Assembly (NCBI GenBank): GCA_964402035.1 | Contig: CAYOAM010000002.1 | Coordinates: forward strand, 106,111 to 170,110 | Direction of reading: 5' to 3' | Length of the DNA stretch: 64,000 nucleotides | Source: an uncultured Candidatus Saccharibacteria bacterium | GTDB lineage: Bacteria; Patescibacteriota; Minisyncoccia; Phycocordibacterales; UBA918 | Notes under the pieces: model-generated | What the model was told of the DNA's origin: nothing | What the model saw: only the letters and a program-made list of their open reading frames with translations | The model's database searches: none | Program-made: the position numbers and the translations under genes | Shown: piece after piece, positions 19,224-28,398 of the stretch | Numbering within the stretch: position 1 is the first letter of the stretch | How the letters are laid out: every line of letters begins with the position of its first letter

Positions 19224-20135
19224 CTAGCGTGAGAGTTGCTTCAATACACTCGATACCGCCGCAAGATTATATGAAGCTTTATATACCGGTCCTGTTTTTA
19301 TGCTCTCACCTCTCTCGTACACCAAAACCCTTTGCAAGAAAACACTAGAGAAACTAACGCAGAAAGCCACCATAACGGCCAACGGGACCAGGGCAAATAC
19401 AAATGGTCTAGCCACCGATCTCTCTATAACCGGAATTTTATCGACAGCACTCGTAATACCGACTCTTTCTAACTTTTCGACAAAATTTGGAGGCACTGCC
19501 ACGACATGGTGCGGGTGCGGAATAGTATGCACGTTCTTTTCCTTCTGTTCTTCAATCTCTAAGTCAGTAATACTAAGTTCGCCCTCCATAAGCGGTTCAC
19601 TTTTCTTAAAACTCAAATCTGCATTTTTTTCAATGACATCAACCTCGAGTTTTAACTCCTCGTCATCCCCATCAATATTATCACTACCTTCAACTACAAC
19701 TTCAGTATCATGGTCTAATTCAGCTACAACATCTCCAACTTTATTTAGTCGAATATGGACTGCCTCATCGTCTTCTCGAGAAAACGGAGGATCTAGCGGA
19801 GCATTATCTCGCTCATACGTGATTTTAGTATGCAAAAGACGTTTCCGATATTCGGGCATTAGTGCTGGGTTATACAAAGAATTATGAATCTCGTGCGGTA
19901 GTTCTTTCTTTACGAGTTCAATATGCTCCAATGTTTTCTCCTTGTTTGAACGTCTATTATTTTTTTTGTATGAAAGAACATCTTCTTCACGTACATACCA
20001 AACGCGACCGATGCGCTTTGCTTCAATCTTTCCAGCTCTAGAAAGCTGGCCTATATAGTCAGTTGTATAGCCGGTCTGATCAGCCGCATCTGATGCCTTT
20101 ATAAAACGCACGCCGTCTATATCAATAACATTCAT
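19224..20135 (-). CDS. Membrane-anchored MerR/excisionase-type HTH protein (paralog of 18377..19099)
   Basis: DAADQTGYTTDYIGQLSRAGKI...RIGRVWYV, acidic linker, C-terminal TM helix. Confidence 0.75.
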   Translation of the reverse strand: MNVIDIDGVRFIKASDAADQTGYTTDYIGQLSRAGKIEAKRIGRVWYVREEDVLSYKKNNRRSNKEKTLEHIELVKKELPHEIHNSLYNPALMPEYRKRLLHTKITYERDNAPLDPPFSREDDEAVHIRLNKVGDVVAELDHDTEVVVEGSDNIDGDDEELKLEVDVIEKNADLSFKKSEPLMEGELSITDLEIEEQKEKNVHTIPHPHHVVAVPPNFVEKLERVGITSAVDKIPVIERSVARPFVFALVPLAVMVAFCVSFSSVFLQRVLVYERGESIKTGPVYKASYNLAAVSSVLKQLSR

Positions 20136-20244
20136 AAATTTTATTATACGCCTACTGAACAGTTTGAAAGTCTAAAACAAGTAATCACTGTGCATAAAGC
20201 AACCTGCATCAAAAAATACAAGTTAACGAAATTTCTTTACAATA

Positions 20245-21660
20245 CTAGCCTATTCGCTCAAGCAGGAAACGTTTCAATTGGTCTGGAGCAGCAGCCCCTT
20301 TAGTTTCTTTCATGCATTGACCCACAAGAAACTGTAACACAGCAACTTTTCCAGCTTTAAATTCCTGTACCACGTCAGGATGCTTTGAAACCACTCTTTC
20401 GACCACTTTCATGATCTCTTCTACAGGCATAGCCCCCAGATTTCTCTCATTCACCAACACAGCAGCATTTTTGCCTTCAAAAACCACCTCCTTCAGCATA
20501 TCCTTTGCTACTCTTGAAGTAATGGAATTGTTGCCTATTAGGGTCATTAAATCTATGAAACTCTCAGATGATGCATGTTCAAGGCTTAAGGTCTTATCAA
20601 GGTCCATATGACTCATCAGATCGGTAGTGATGTAGTTTGCTGTGAGTCGTATAAGCTCAGGGTCAGTTAGATCCCGAGCAGTTTTCTGGAAAAATTTACC
20701 TGCTTCTATGTTTGATACAAGTGTATCTGCAATGTTTTTCGGTAATCCGAGATAATCATATTTTAAGCGCAATTCACTTGGTAATTCTGGCATAATCTCG
20801 GTTAAACGAGATATGCTTATTTCATCTGTAACTGATAGATTAATCTTTGGAATATCTGGATCAGGGAAATATCGATAGTCATGGGAGGACTCTTTTTTTC
20901 GCTGAGAGAAAGTGAGCTGCTTCTGTTCATCCCACCCTCTCGTCTCTTGCGTAACACTTCCTCCTCCATCAAGTAGGGCTATCTGTCTCGATACCTCATA
21001 GGCTATAGCCATTTCAACAGATCTAAATGAGTTCAGATTTTTTACCTCTACCTTGGTACCCAAAACACCTGCTTTGCCTACCGAGATATTCGCCTCGACC
21101 CGCATCTGTCCCTCGTCCATATTGGCATTAGAAACCCCTAGTGTACGGAGCAACAGTTGCAACTCTCTTGCAAAATCTGATGCGGTTTTTGCGTCATGGA
21201 TCACTGGTTCCGTCACAAGCTCCATCAAAGGTACACCAGCTCTATTGTAATCAATAAGACTTCCAGCACCTTGATCATGTAGGGATCGCGCTGTATCTTC
21301 TTCTAAGTGCACGCGGGTAACCGCAATGTCCAATAGCGCTCCACCCCTGACAAGTGGATATGCGTACTGACTGATCTGGTATCCTTTTGGAATATCCGGG
21401 TAGAAATAATTTTTTCTATCAAACTCTGTGTAGGTCGCGATAGTACCTCGTAATGCCAAACCTACCATTACCACCGCCTCTACCGCACGTTTATTCACAG
21501 CAGGTAACGTACCCGGATGCCCCATACAGATAGGACAGACGTGCGTGTTCGGCATAGCACTCATGGGTGCGTTTTGAGATGCACAAAACATCTTCGTCTG
21601 CGTTTTCAGTTCAGCGTGTATTTCGAGTCCTATGGTTGGCAGATAGGTATGTTCGCTCAT
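20245..21660 (-). CDS. gatB: Asp-tRNA(Asn)/Glu-tRNA(Gln) amidotransferase subunit B
   Basis: IGLEIHAEL, RKNYFYPD, DYRYFPDPD motifs. Confidence 0.97.
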   Translation of the reverse strand: MSEHTYLPTIGLEIHAELKTQTKMFCASQNAPMSAMPNTHVCPICMGHPGTLPAVNKRAVEAVVMVGLALRGTIATYTEFDRKNYFYPDIPKGYQISQYAYPLVRGGALLDIAVTRVHLEEDTARSLHDQGAGSLIDYNRAGVPLMELVTEPVIHDAKTASDFARELQLLLRTLGVSNANMDEGQMRVEANISVGKAGVLGTKVEVKNLNSFRSVEMAIAYEVSRQIALLDGGGSVTQETRGWDEQKQLTFSQRKKESSHDYRYFPDPDIPKINLSVTDEISISRLTEIMPELPSELRLKYDYLGLPKNIADTLVSNIEAGKFFQKTARDLTDPELIRLTANYITTDLMSHMDLDKTLSLEHASSESFIDLMTLIGNNSITSRVAKDMLKEVVFEGKNAAVLVNERNLGAMPVEEIMKVVERVVSKHPDVVQEFKAGKVAVLQFLVGQCMKETKGAAAPDQLKRFLLERIG

Positions 21661-22652
21661 GATCCGCTCATAGTAGCAGAAGAATCGTTCTCTCTCAAAG
21701 CCCTCACCAGTGCATCTTGAAATACCTTGATTGATGCATCATCGAGGGCAGAGACGGCATACACCACATGCCCCGCTCTCTCAAAAAGAGCTTTACGTTC
21801 GGCCACCGCCTCTGGTGTCAGTACGTCAGTTTTAGTAAGCACGACCCACTCGCTCTTTTCAAAAATACTTGCATCATAGAGTCCCAATTCTTTTCGTATA
21901 TTTTGATACGTCTGCATAGGATCTTCCTGCTCACATGAGACACAATGGATGAGCATTTTTGTGCGCTTTACATGCTTCAAAAAAGTGTGACCCAACCCTT
22001 TCCCCGAAGCTGCTCCTTCAATCAATCCCGGAATATCTGCAAGTGTAAAACCAAAAAGGTCACCCAAGTGCGGCTCGAGTGTCGTGAATGGATAGCTCGC
22101 AACCTTTGACTGCGCTCTCGTAATTGTATTCAGTAATGTAGATTTACCAGCATTTGGTTCACCGATAATCCCCACATCAACAACAAGTTCGACTTCAATA
22201 GTAAATGCATCTTCCTCACCGCTTTTCCCGAGCGTGTGCTCTTCAGGACTACGATTGGTGGATGATTTAAAATACTCATTTCCAAGTCCACCATTCCCCC
22301 CTTTTAAAATGCAGACTTCTTCCCCTGCCGTAAACAGCTCAAATTTTCTACCTGAAGAATGGCAGGTGACGACGGATCCAACCGGTACGTCAATGTAGAG
22401 GTCTTCTCCATTTTTTCCAAAACGACTATTATCTTCACCGGCCCCCCCACTCTCTGCAGTGAATATCTTCGAACCGGTATATTTTGCAAGCACATTGTTA
22501 TCCCGTATTGCACGCATAAATACACTACCGCCCTTGCCGCCGTTTCCACCTGCAGGGCCTCCAAGCGGTCTGCTGCGCTCACGAAGCCAGCGCACGACAC
22601 CATTGCCGCCATTCCCCGCTTTTGCTTGGATTGTTATTTCGTCTATAAACAT
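21657..22652 (-). CDS. obgE: GTPase Obg/CgtA
   Basis: Gly-rich Obg fold, GEPNAGKST, YPFTT, DIPG, TKTD; likely start MFIDE at 22652. Confidence 0.96.
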   Translation of the reverse strand: MFIDEITIQAKAGNGGNGVVRWLRERSRPLGGPAGGNGGKGGSVFMRAIRDNNVLAKYTGSKIFTAESGGAGEDNSRFGKNGEDLYIDVPVGSVVTCHSSGRKFELFTAGEEVCILKGGNGGLGNEYFKSSTNRSPEEHTLGKSGEEDAFTIEVELVVDVGIIGEPNAGKSTLLNTITRAQSKVASYPFTTLEPHLGDLFGFTLADIPGLIEGAASGKGLGHTFLKHVKRTKMLIHCVSCEQEDPMQTYQNIRKELGLYDASIFEKSEWVVLTKTDVLTPEAVAERKALFERAGHVVYAVSALDDASIKVFQDALVRALRENDSSATMSGS

Positions 22653-22669
22653 AGAGTTCCCGCTCAATA

Positions 22670-23302
22670 CTACTTGGATCTTCCTTTCTGCCACAGCATA
22701 TACCAACCTGCACTAAACACCAACATTGACGCCAAACCGACAAAGAAGAGCGTCTGGCTGTTGTGTGCAAGTAATGCATTGCCCATGTATGCAAAAGCAA
22801 ACGAAAACCAGGTGACACCAAGAGCCGTCGCACTTGCAAAAATCCAAAATGGAATACCTTTGACAAAACCTAACGCATAACTGGTGAGATCAACGGGCAT
22901 CGAGAGACGGATAAGTACAATTCCCCAGAACGTTGCATGCGGACCAATTTTTTCAATCATACTATCAAGCCGAGAGAGAGAAATATATCTCCCCACAAAC
23001 GGACGTCCCACCCAGCGCGAAATAAGAAATGCTCCACATCCACCCAGCGTCCAACCAACGATTGACAGCACTCCCGTAGTAAACGGCCCAAATATCATCG
23101 ATAGCATCGGTATCATGGGTAATACCGAGACGGGCATACAAATCGTGGCAAAGACTAGTAGTACAACAAAGAAAAAATAACTCCCTACGGTATGGCCGGT
23201 AACAAACGATTCAAGTGTATCGATTACGGGGGATGCAAAAAATGGGACAATAGAAAGAGCTACTAGCACAATAAAAAAGAGGTACGGTATGTACCGACTC
23301 AT
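22670..23302 (-). CDS. TVP38/TMEM64 (VTT/DedA-like) membrane protein
   Basis: Multiple TM helices; FG...G...AFLISR, LIRL..P and SYALG motifs. Confidence 0.85.
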   Translation of the reverse strand: MSRYIPYLFFIVLVALSIVPFFASPVIDTLESFVTGHTVGSYFFFVVLLVFATICMPVSVLPMIPMLSMIFGPFTTGVLSIVGWTLGGCGAFLISRWVGRPFVGRYISLSRLDSMIEKIGPHATFWGIVLIRLSMPVDLTSYALGFVKGIPFWIFASATALGVTWFSFAFAYMGNALLAHNSQTLFFVGLASMLVFSAGWYMLWQKGRSK

Positions 23303-23634
23303 GTAATAAGTTTATTTCCAATAGTGCTCATGATAGCCACAAGTACCGACCCTACAAGGGCAGGTAGAAAACCTGCGACAGAAAACCCTGGCACAAATGC
23401 GCTCACTCCCCAAAACAATAAACCATTGATCACAAAAATAAAAAGGCCCAGCGTTAGGAAGGTAATCGGTAGCGTGAGCACAATTAGTAGCGGTCGCACC
23501 ACTAGATGGAGTACACCCAAGACCAGTGCTGCGAGTAGGGCTACATATATATTGGCTATCTCTATACCATCCACAATATAGGTCACAGCCATGAGGGCGA
23601 GAGCGGTAACAACAATACGCAAGATTATTTTCAT
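23299..23634 (-). CDS. YvlD/DUF360 four-TM membrane protein ('phage holin family 4')
   Basis: VRPLLIVLTLPITFLTLGLFIFVING signature. Confidence 0.9.
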   Translation of the reverse strand: MKIILRIVVTALALMAVTYIVDGIEIANIYVALLAALVLGVLHLVVRPLLIVLTLPITFLTLGLFIFVINGLLFWGVSAFVPGFSVAGFLPALVGSVLVAIMSTIGNKLIT

Positions 23635-23665
23635 GCTCTTAGTATAGTAGGTTTTTAAAAAAACA

Positions 23666-26179
23666 CTATGCCACGATACGCCACGCCCCTCCCGCTAGAA
23701 GTTCTTCTGCTTTCTTGTATTTTATTTCCTTGGTCTCGGTACCGTTCGTTATCGTGACTACATCGTTACGATTGTATATTTTTTTTGAAACGGCCTTCGC
23801 AGGCACATTTTCTGTCTCGCTTCCCCCGATAAGTCGAGCATTTTTCTGGACATCTCGTAACTCTTTTTCCTCAGATTGAATGGCAGCTGGAGCAAGGTGC
23901 GGCATCATCTCGGCTATCCGCGCTAGTACCGCCTCCTGCATTTCACCAAATAGTCGAATACCCTCCTTACGATACTCCATCAAAGGATCTCGTTGTCCGT
24001 ATGCACGGAGATTTACGCTTGAACGTGTGTAGTCCATGAGCTCCAAGTGTTCGACCCATAGCATATCGGTAACTTGAAGAATAAGCTTACGCACCAAACC
24101 ATAAAATACTGCATCTCCTAACTCTGATTTCTTTGTAGTCGTAGCACTTTCTAGATCAGGAAACTGTGCTATGACCTGCTGTAGTACCAGTTCTATTTCT
24201 TCATGTGAGCCTTCTAGAATTTTCCTTCGTTGATCATATATAGAGCGACGCTGTCTATTCAAGACATCATCATATGCCAACACGTGTTTACGAGAATCAA
24301 AGTTAAAACCTTCAATTTTCTTTTGCGCAGATTCAAGCGATCGTGTAATGAGTCGATTTTCAATCGGTTGATCTTCCGGTATACCGAGACGACCCATCAT
24401 GCTCTTGACGGTATCAGCAGCAAACACACGCATCAGTGAGTCTTCCATCGATACAAAAAACTGTGTCGTACCAGGATCACCTTGACGACCAGCACGACCG
24501 CGCAACTGGTCATCGATACGTCGCGCCTCATGCCGCTCCGTACCAAGCACAAACAAACCGCCGAGCGCTTTCACCGCATCTTGCTCTTCTTTTGTTGCCA
24601 GGCTTCCACCAAGTTTAATATCGACACCACGACCAGCCATGTTGGTCGCCAAGGTTACATTACCGCGCAATCCTGCCTGCGCGATAATTTCTCCTTCACG
24701 TTCGTGATTTTTTGCGTTGAGAATTTGATGCGGAATTCCAGCCTTAGTAAGCAACTCACCCAACACCTCATTGCGTTCAATAGAAGCTGTACCAATAAGT
24801 ACCGGCTGACCACTTTCATGAAGCTCGCGCACCTTCCGCACAATAGCCTCATGTTTACCATGAGCCGTTTGGAAAATAAGATCATTTCGATCATCACGCA
24901 CAACGGGTCGATGAGGAGGCACCGGTACCACTTCAAGTCCATAGACCGTATAAAATTCTTCGGCTGACGTTAGTGCTGTACCCGTCATACCAGCAAGCTT
25001 TCCATACATGCGGAAATAATTTTGGAACGTGATGGAAGCATAGGTTCTTGATTCTTGCTGTACGCGCACACCTTCCTTTGCTTCTATTGCCTGGTGAAGT
25101 CCATCGGACCATCTGCGTCCCGGCTGCAATCGTCCCGTAAATTCATCAACGATAACCACCGCATCTTCACGCACCACATACTCTTTATCACGCGTATAGA
25201 GCGCTTGTGCTCGAACTGCTGTCTCGAGGTGGTGTACATACTTTATTCCTTTATCGGTATAAATGTTCTCAATACCCAAGAGTGACTGCGCGTGCTCAAT
25301 ACCTGCATCAGTGAGGGCGGCGCTCTTTAACTTTTCATCAACAATATAATGCTCCTCATTTTTGAGTTTTTTTGCAATACCAGCAAACAATGCATAGAGG
25401 TTTTCAGATTGACCTGCAGGAGCAGAAATGATGAGTGGCGTCCTCGCTTCATCAATGAGGATTGAGTCAATCTCGTCAACGAGCGCGAACGCATGCTCAC
25501 GCTGTCGCACGTCACCCATTTCGTACTCAATATTATCTCTAAGATAATCAAAACCGAATTCATTGTTGGTGCCATACGTAATATCGGCAGCATATGCCTC
25601 TCGCCGTGTGCATGGTCTCAAAAACTCATGTATGACCTTATACCCGCCCTCCTCATCACGAACTGTGTCATCATCAACGTGCGTTGGATCATACACATAT
25701 GATGCATCATGATTGATCACGCCTACACTTAGACCAAGAAAGGAATAAATCTGTCCCATCCACGTCGCGTCGCGTCGTGCCAAGTAATCATTCACCGTCA
25801 CAATGTGCACACCGCGTTTCGTGAGCGCATTGAGATACGCGGGGAGTGTACCCACCAACGTCTTTCCTTCTCCTGTTCGCATTTCTGTGATTTTGCCGCT
25901 ATGCAACAAAATACCTCCTACCATCTGCGCATCATAGTGGCGCTGCCCCAATGTCCTACGCGCTACCTCACGCACCACTGCATAGGCTTCGGGAAGCAAT
26001 AGATTGAGATCATTATTCTCCTCGAGACGTTTTAAAAACTCTGGTGTCTTTTGCGCAAGCTCAGCATCACCCAGTTTTTTTAATGTATCCTCAAAACTAT
26101 TAATACGCGGCACGAGCGCTGTCGCTCTGCGCAATTCGTCAGCATATGGCTTCCTAAATAGCTTTTCTAAAAATGACAT
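23666..26179 (-). CDS. secA: Protein translocase subunit SecA
   Basis: MRTGEGKT, DEIDSILIDEARTPLIISA, QLRGRAGRQGDPG. Confidence 0.98.
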   Translation of the reverse strand: MSFLEKLFRKPYADELRRATALVPRINSFEDTLKKLGDAELAQKTPEFLKRLEENNDLNLLLPEAYAVVREVARRTLGQRHYDAQMVGGILLHSGKITEMRTGEGKTLVGTLPAYLNALTKRGVHIVTVNDYLARRDATWMGQIYSFLGLSVGVINHDASYVYDPTHVDDDTVRDEEGGYKVIHEFLRPCTRREAYAADITYGTNNEFGFDYLRDNIEYEMGDVRQREHAFALVDEIDSILIDEARTPLIISAPAGQSENLYALFAGIAKKLKNEEHYIVDEKLKSAALTDAGIEHAQSLLGIENIYTDKGIKYVHHLETAVRAQALYTRDKEYVVREDAVVIVDEFTGRLQPGRRWSDGLHQAIEAKEGVRVQQESRTYASITFQNYFRMYGKLAGMTGTALTSAEEFYTVYGLEVVPVPPHRPVVRDDRNDLIFQTAHGKHEAIVRKVRELHESGQPVLIGTASIERNEVLGELLTKAGIPHQILNAKNHEREGEIIAQAGLRGNVTLATNMAGRGVDIKLGGSLATKEEQDAVKALGGLFVLGTERHEARRIDDQLRGRAGRQGDPGTTQFFVSMEDSLMRVFAADTVKSMMGRLGIPEDQPIENRLITRSLESAQKKIEGFNFDSRKHVLAYDDVLNRQRRSIYDQRRKILEGSHEEIELVLQQVIAQFPDLESATTTKKSELGDAVFYGLVRKLILQVTDMLWVEHLELMDYTRSSVNLRAYGQRDPLMEYRKEGIRLFGEMQEAVLARIAEMMPHLAPAAIQSEEKELRDVQKNARLIGGSETENVPAKAVSKKIYNRNDVVTITNGTETKEIKYKKAEELLAGGAWRIVA

Positions 26180-26202
26180 CAGGGTAGCATACCATAAAAA
26201 AG

Positions 26203-26233
26203 CATAAAGTCCTCCTTGTGGGAGGACTTTATG
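26203..26233 (-). terminator. Intrinsic terminator after the small Lys-rich ORF
   Basis: CATAAAGTCCTCC-TTGTG-GGAGGACTTTATG, perfect 13-bp stem followed by a U-tract on the minus strand. Confidence 0.85.
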
Positions 26234-26263
26234 TGTAGCTTTTCACTCGCAAGTGAACGATAT

Positions 26264-26353
26264 TTACTTGCGGCGTGATGACTTTTTTGCAGTCTTCTTC
26301 TTTGCTGCTTTCTTAGCAGGCTTTCGCTTTGCTGCTTTTTTCTTTGCGGCCAT
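26264..26353 (-). CDS. 29-aa histone-H1-like Lys/Ala-rich peptide (below the ORF-track length cutoff)
   Basis: MAAKKKAAKRKPAKKAAKKKTAKKSSRRK*; promoter-like TTGTGC-N17-GATAAT upstream and a terminator downstream. Confidence 0.8.
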   Translation of the reverse strand: MAAKKKAAKRKPAKKAAKKKTAKKSSRRK

Positions 26354-26512
26354 ATATATTGTGTGGTGACAATTTTTTTAGCTTGTTGAAATTCGACCGC
26401 ACCATTTTCTTCGTGAGAAGAAAATATTGCTACTCACACAATTATCCGTCACAAAAAGTTTACGCACAATCGAAAATAAATTTTTTATGTGGATAACATT
26501 TCTAAATATTTT

Positions 26513-27535
26513 TTATTGTACGTATGTCACTTCCCATTCAATATTGATATTTGTTTTTTCTTTCACAACATCTGCAATTTTTTTTGCAAACAATATTATT
26601 TCTTTTGCAGTGGCATTTCCATAATTCACAACGACGAGTGCTTGCCTGTCGTAGGTTCCAACAGCACCTTCGCGCACTCCACGCATATGGCATACGTGAT
26701 CGAGGATCCACGCAAGATGCACCTTCACCATCCCACGATCTGTTGTGTGTCCAACTATGTTTGGAAACAGTTCTACCAGAGATGCAAAATGTGCAGCGTC
26801 GATAACAGGATTTTTAAAAAATGATCCCAACGTCCCTACCGTATGCCAGTCAGGAAATTTATTTGATCGTATGGTGATAATACCCGCTCGAACAATACTC
26901 GGAGTCAGGGCCGCACCACCAAGTGATGCAACATATTCTGCAACATCCCGATAGTCGACGCGCGGTTTTCCGGAAGTAGATAAAAAGAAGGATACACTGA
27001 CGATTATCAAATGTTTTCCTTCTACTTCCTTAAAATACGAATGGCGATATGCAAACAAGCATTGTGCTTGTGTGAGTGTTTTGAACGAATTTTGAAGCGG
27101 ATCATATACCAGAACAGTATGCACCACATCTTTCATTTCAACCCCATATGCTCCAACATTTTGTACCGGTGCCGCACCAGCGGTCCCTGGTATTGATGAA
27201 AAATTTTCCATACCCCACACACCACGCTCACATGCATAGGCAACAACATCATCCAATAACTCACCAGCACCAGCCGAAAGGTATGTTCCACCATCACGTG
27301 TCTCTGTAGAAATGCCTTTGATCTCATTTTTGATAATCAGTCCTCGATATCCCTGATCAGAAAATAACATGTTAGAGCCTTCACCAATCACCATGAAGGT
27401 GATCTTTTTTTGTAACGCCCATTGGGTAACCTCCGCTAGTTCATCTCTCGTTTTGACGATACAAAAGAAATCTGCCGTGCCACCAATGTGCAAGGTCGAA
27501 TATTTCTTAAGAGCAACATGTTCCTGTATCAGCAT
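26513..27535 (-). CDS. murB: UDP-N-acetylmuramate dehydrogenase
   Basis: GEGSN, IPGTAGAAPVQNVGAYG, GSFFKNP, ALVVVN; likely start MLIQE at 27535. Confidence 0.95.
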   Translation of the reverse strand: MLIQEHVALKKYSTLHIGGTADFFCIVKTRDELAEVTQWALQKKITFMVIGEGSNMLFSDQGYRGLIIKNEIKGISTETRDGGTYLSAGAGELLDDVVAYACERGVWGMENFSSIPGTAGAAPVQNVGAYGVEMKDVVHTVLVYDPLQNSFKTLTQAQCLFAYRHSYFKEVEGKHLIIVSVSFFLSTSGKPRVDYRDVAEYVASLGGAALTPSIVRAGIITIRSNKFPDWHTVGTLGSFFKNPVIDAAHFASLVELFPNIVGHTTDRGMVKVHLAWILDHVCHMRGVREGAVGTYDRQALVVVNYGNATAKEIILFAKKIADVVKEKTNINIEWEVTYVQ

Positions 27536-27540
27536 ACATG

Positions 27541-28305
27541 TTACATGATATGCCCTCCGCCACCCTTTTGCCACTCTGCACCTCCCAAAAATTGATTGAA
27601 GTAGTCTTTTTCACGAGGAATGGTTAGCTGCAAATTTTCATCTATTGAAATGTTCTCTGAGAATATGACATGGGGTACCTGCGTCATAATAACCCCTGGC
27701 GTACATTCATTGCCCTCCCCCATGGTAAAACTTGCCATAACGGCTAGACTGTCAGCAACATTCATGCGCTCAACTTTTAGCAATCTCCCAAATAGATCGA
27801 GAGTGCCTCGATAATCTTTTACGGGCAAAAACCCAGCAAAACCAATTGCAATCCCAATCGCACCATTGTGAAGCGGTATGCTGTGAGAATCCGTAATAAC
27901 AACGCCAAGGTTAGAAATCTTAAATTTTTCTTGAAGCCTACTTCTAAACAGAGCGGCGGATACCATAGGATCGTGCGGCCACAACACTAGGTGGTTGTGG
28001 CCATTACTTTCATCAATGCCGGCAGAGCCCATAAGCGTGCCATGAATGATCGTGAAGTGGCGATGTTCACCCACATTGCGTTTTATAAAATAGTCAGCCT
28101 CACGTTGTGCCAGTTGTTCTTTTAAAGCGCGCACATCGGTGTCAGGCACAATGGGTACACATCTCCCTTCCCCAATAGCAACAGCTTTTGAACTGAGTGC
28201 CACTACACTATCTTCAGAAAGTGTCTCAATACCAGCACACAGCGCATCAAAAAAATCGTCCTTTGGTGGAAGCAAGGGACGAGTTTTTATTGGGATGATC
28301 TTCAT
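27541..28305 (-). CDS. CofE-family (F420-0:gamma-glutamyl ligase-like) protein
   Basis: SSKAVAIGEG, AGIDESN, GVVITDS, DLFGRLL, MGEGNECTP motifs. Confidence 0.85.
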   Translation of the reverse strand: MKIIPIKTRPLLPPKDDFFDALCAGIETLSEDSVVALSSKAVAIGEGRCVPIVPDTDVRALKEQLAQREADYFIKRNVGEHRHFTIIHGTLMGSAGIDESNGHNHLVLWPHDPMVSAALFRSRLQEKFKISNLGVVITDSHSIPLHNGAIGIAIGFAGFLPVKDYRGTLDLFGRLLKVERMNVADSLAVMASFTMGEGNECTPGVIMTQVPHVIFSENISIDENLQLTIPREKDYFNQFLGGAEWQKGGGGHIM

Positions 28306-28398
28306 GATGCATGCCTTATGCTCCATTGTTGCCACATCTTGGAGTCATGTTACAAACGAGTTCACCGGGTATCATCAGGCAACAACGCCTGCGCACTC

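Noticed and set aside
4576-23634. Prophage (tail-fibre-like domains, excisionase-like HTHs, 'holin')
   Set aside because: No capsid, terminase, portal or integrase genes. The giant protein has a signal peptide and the holin-family gene sits among housekeeping genes.
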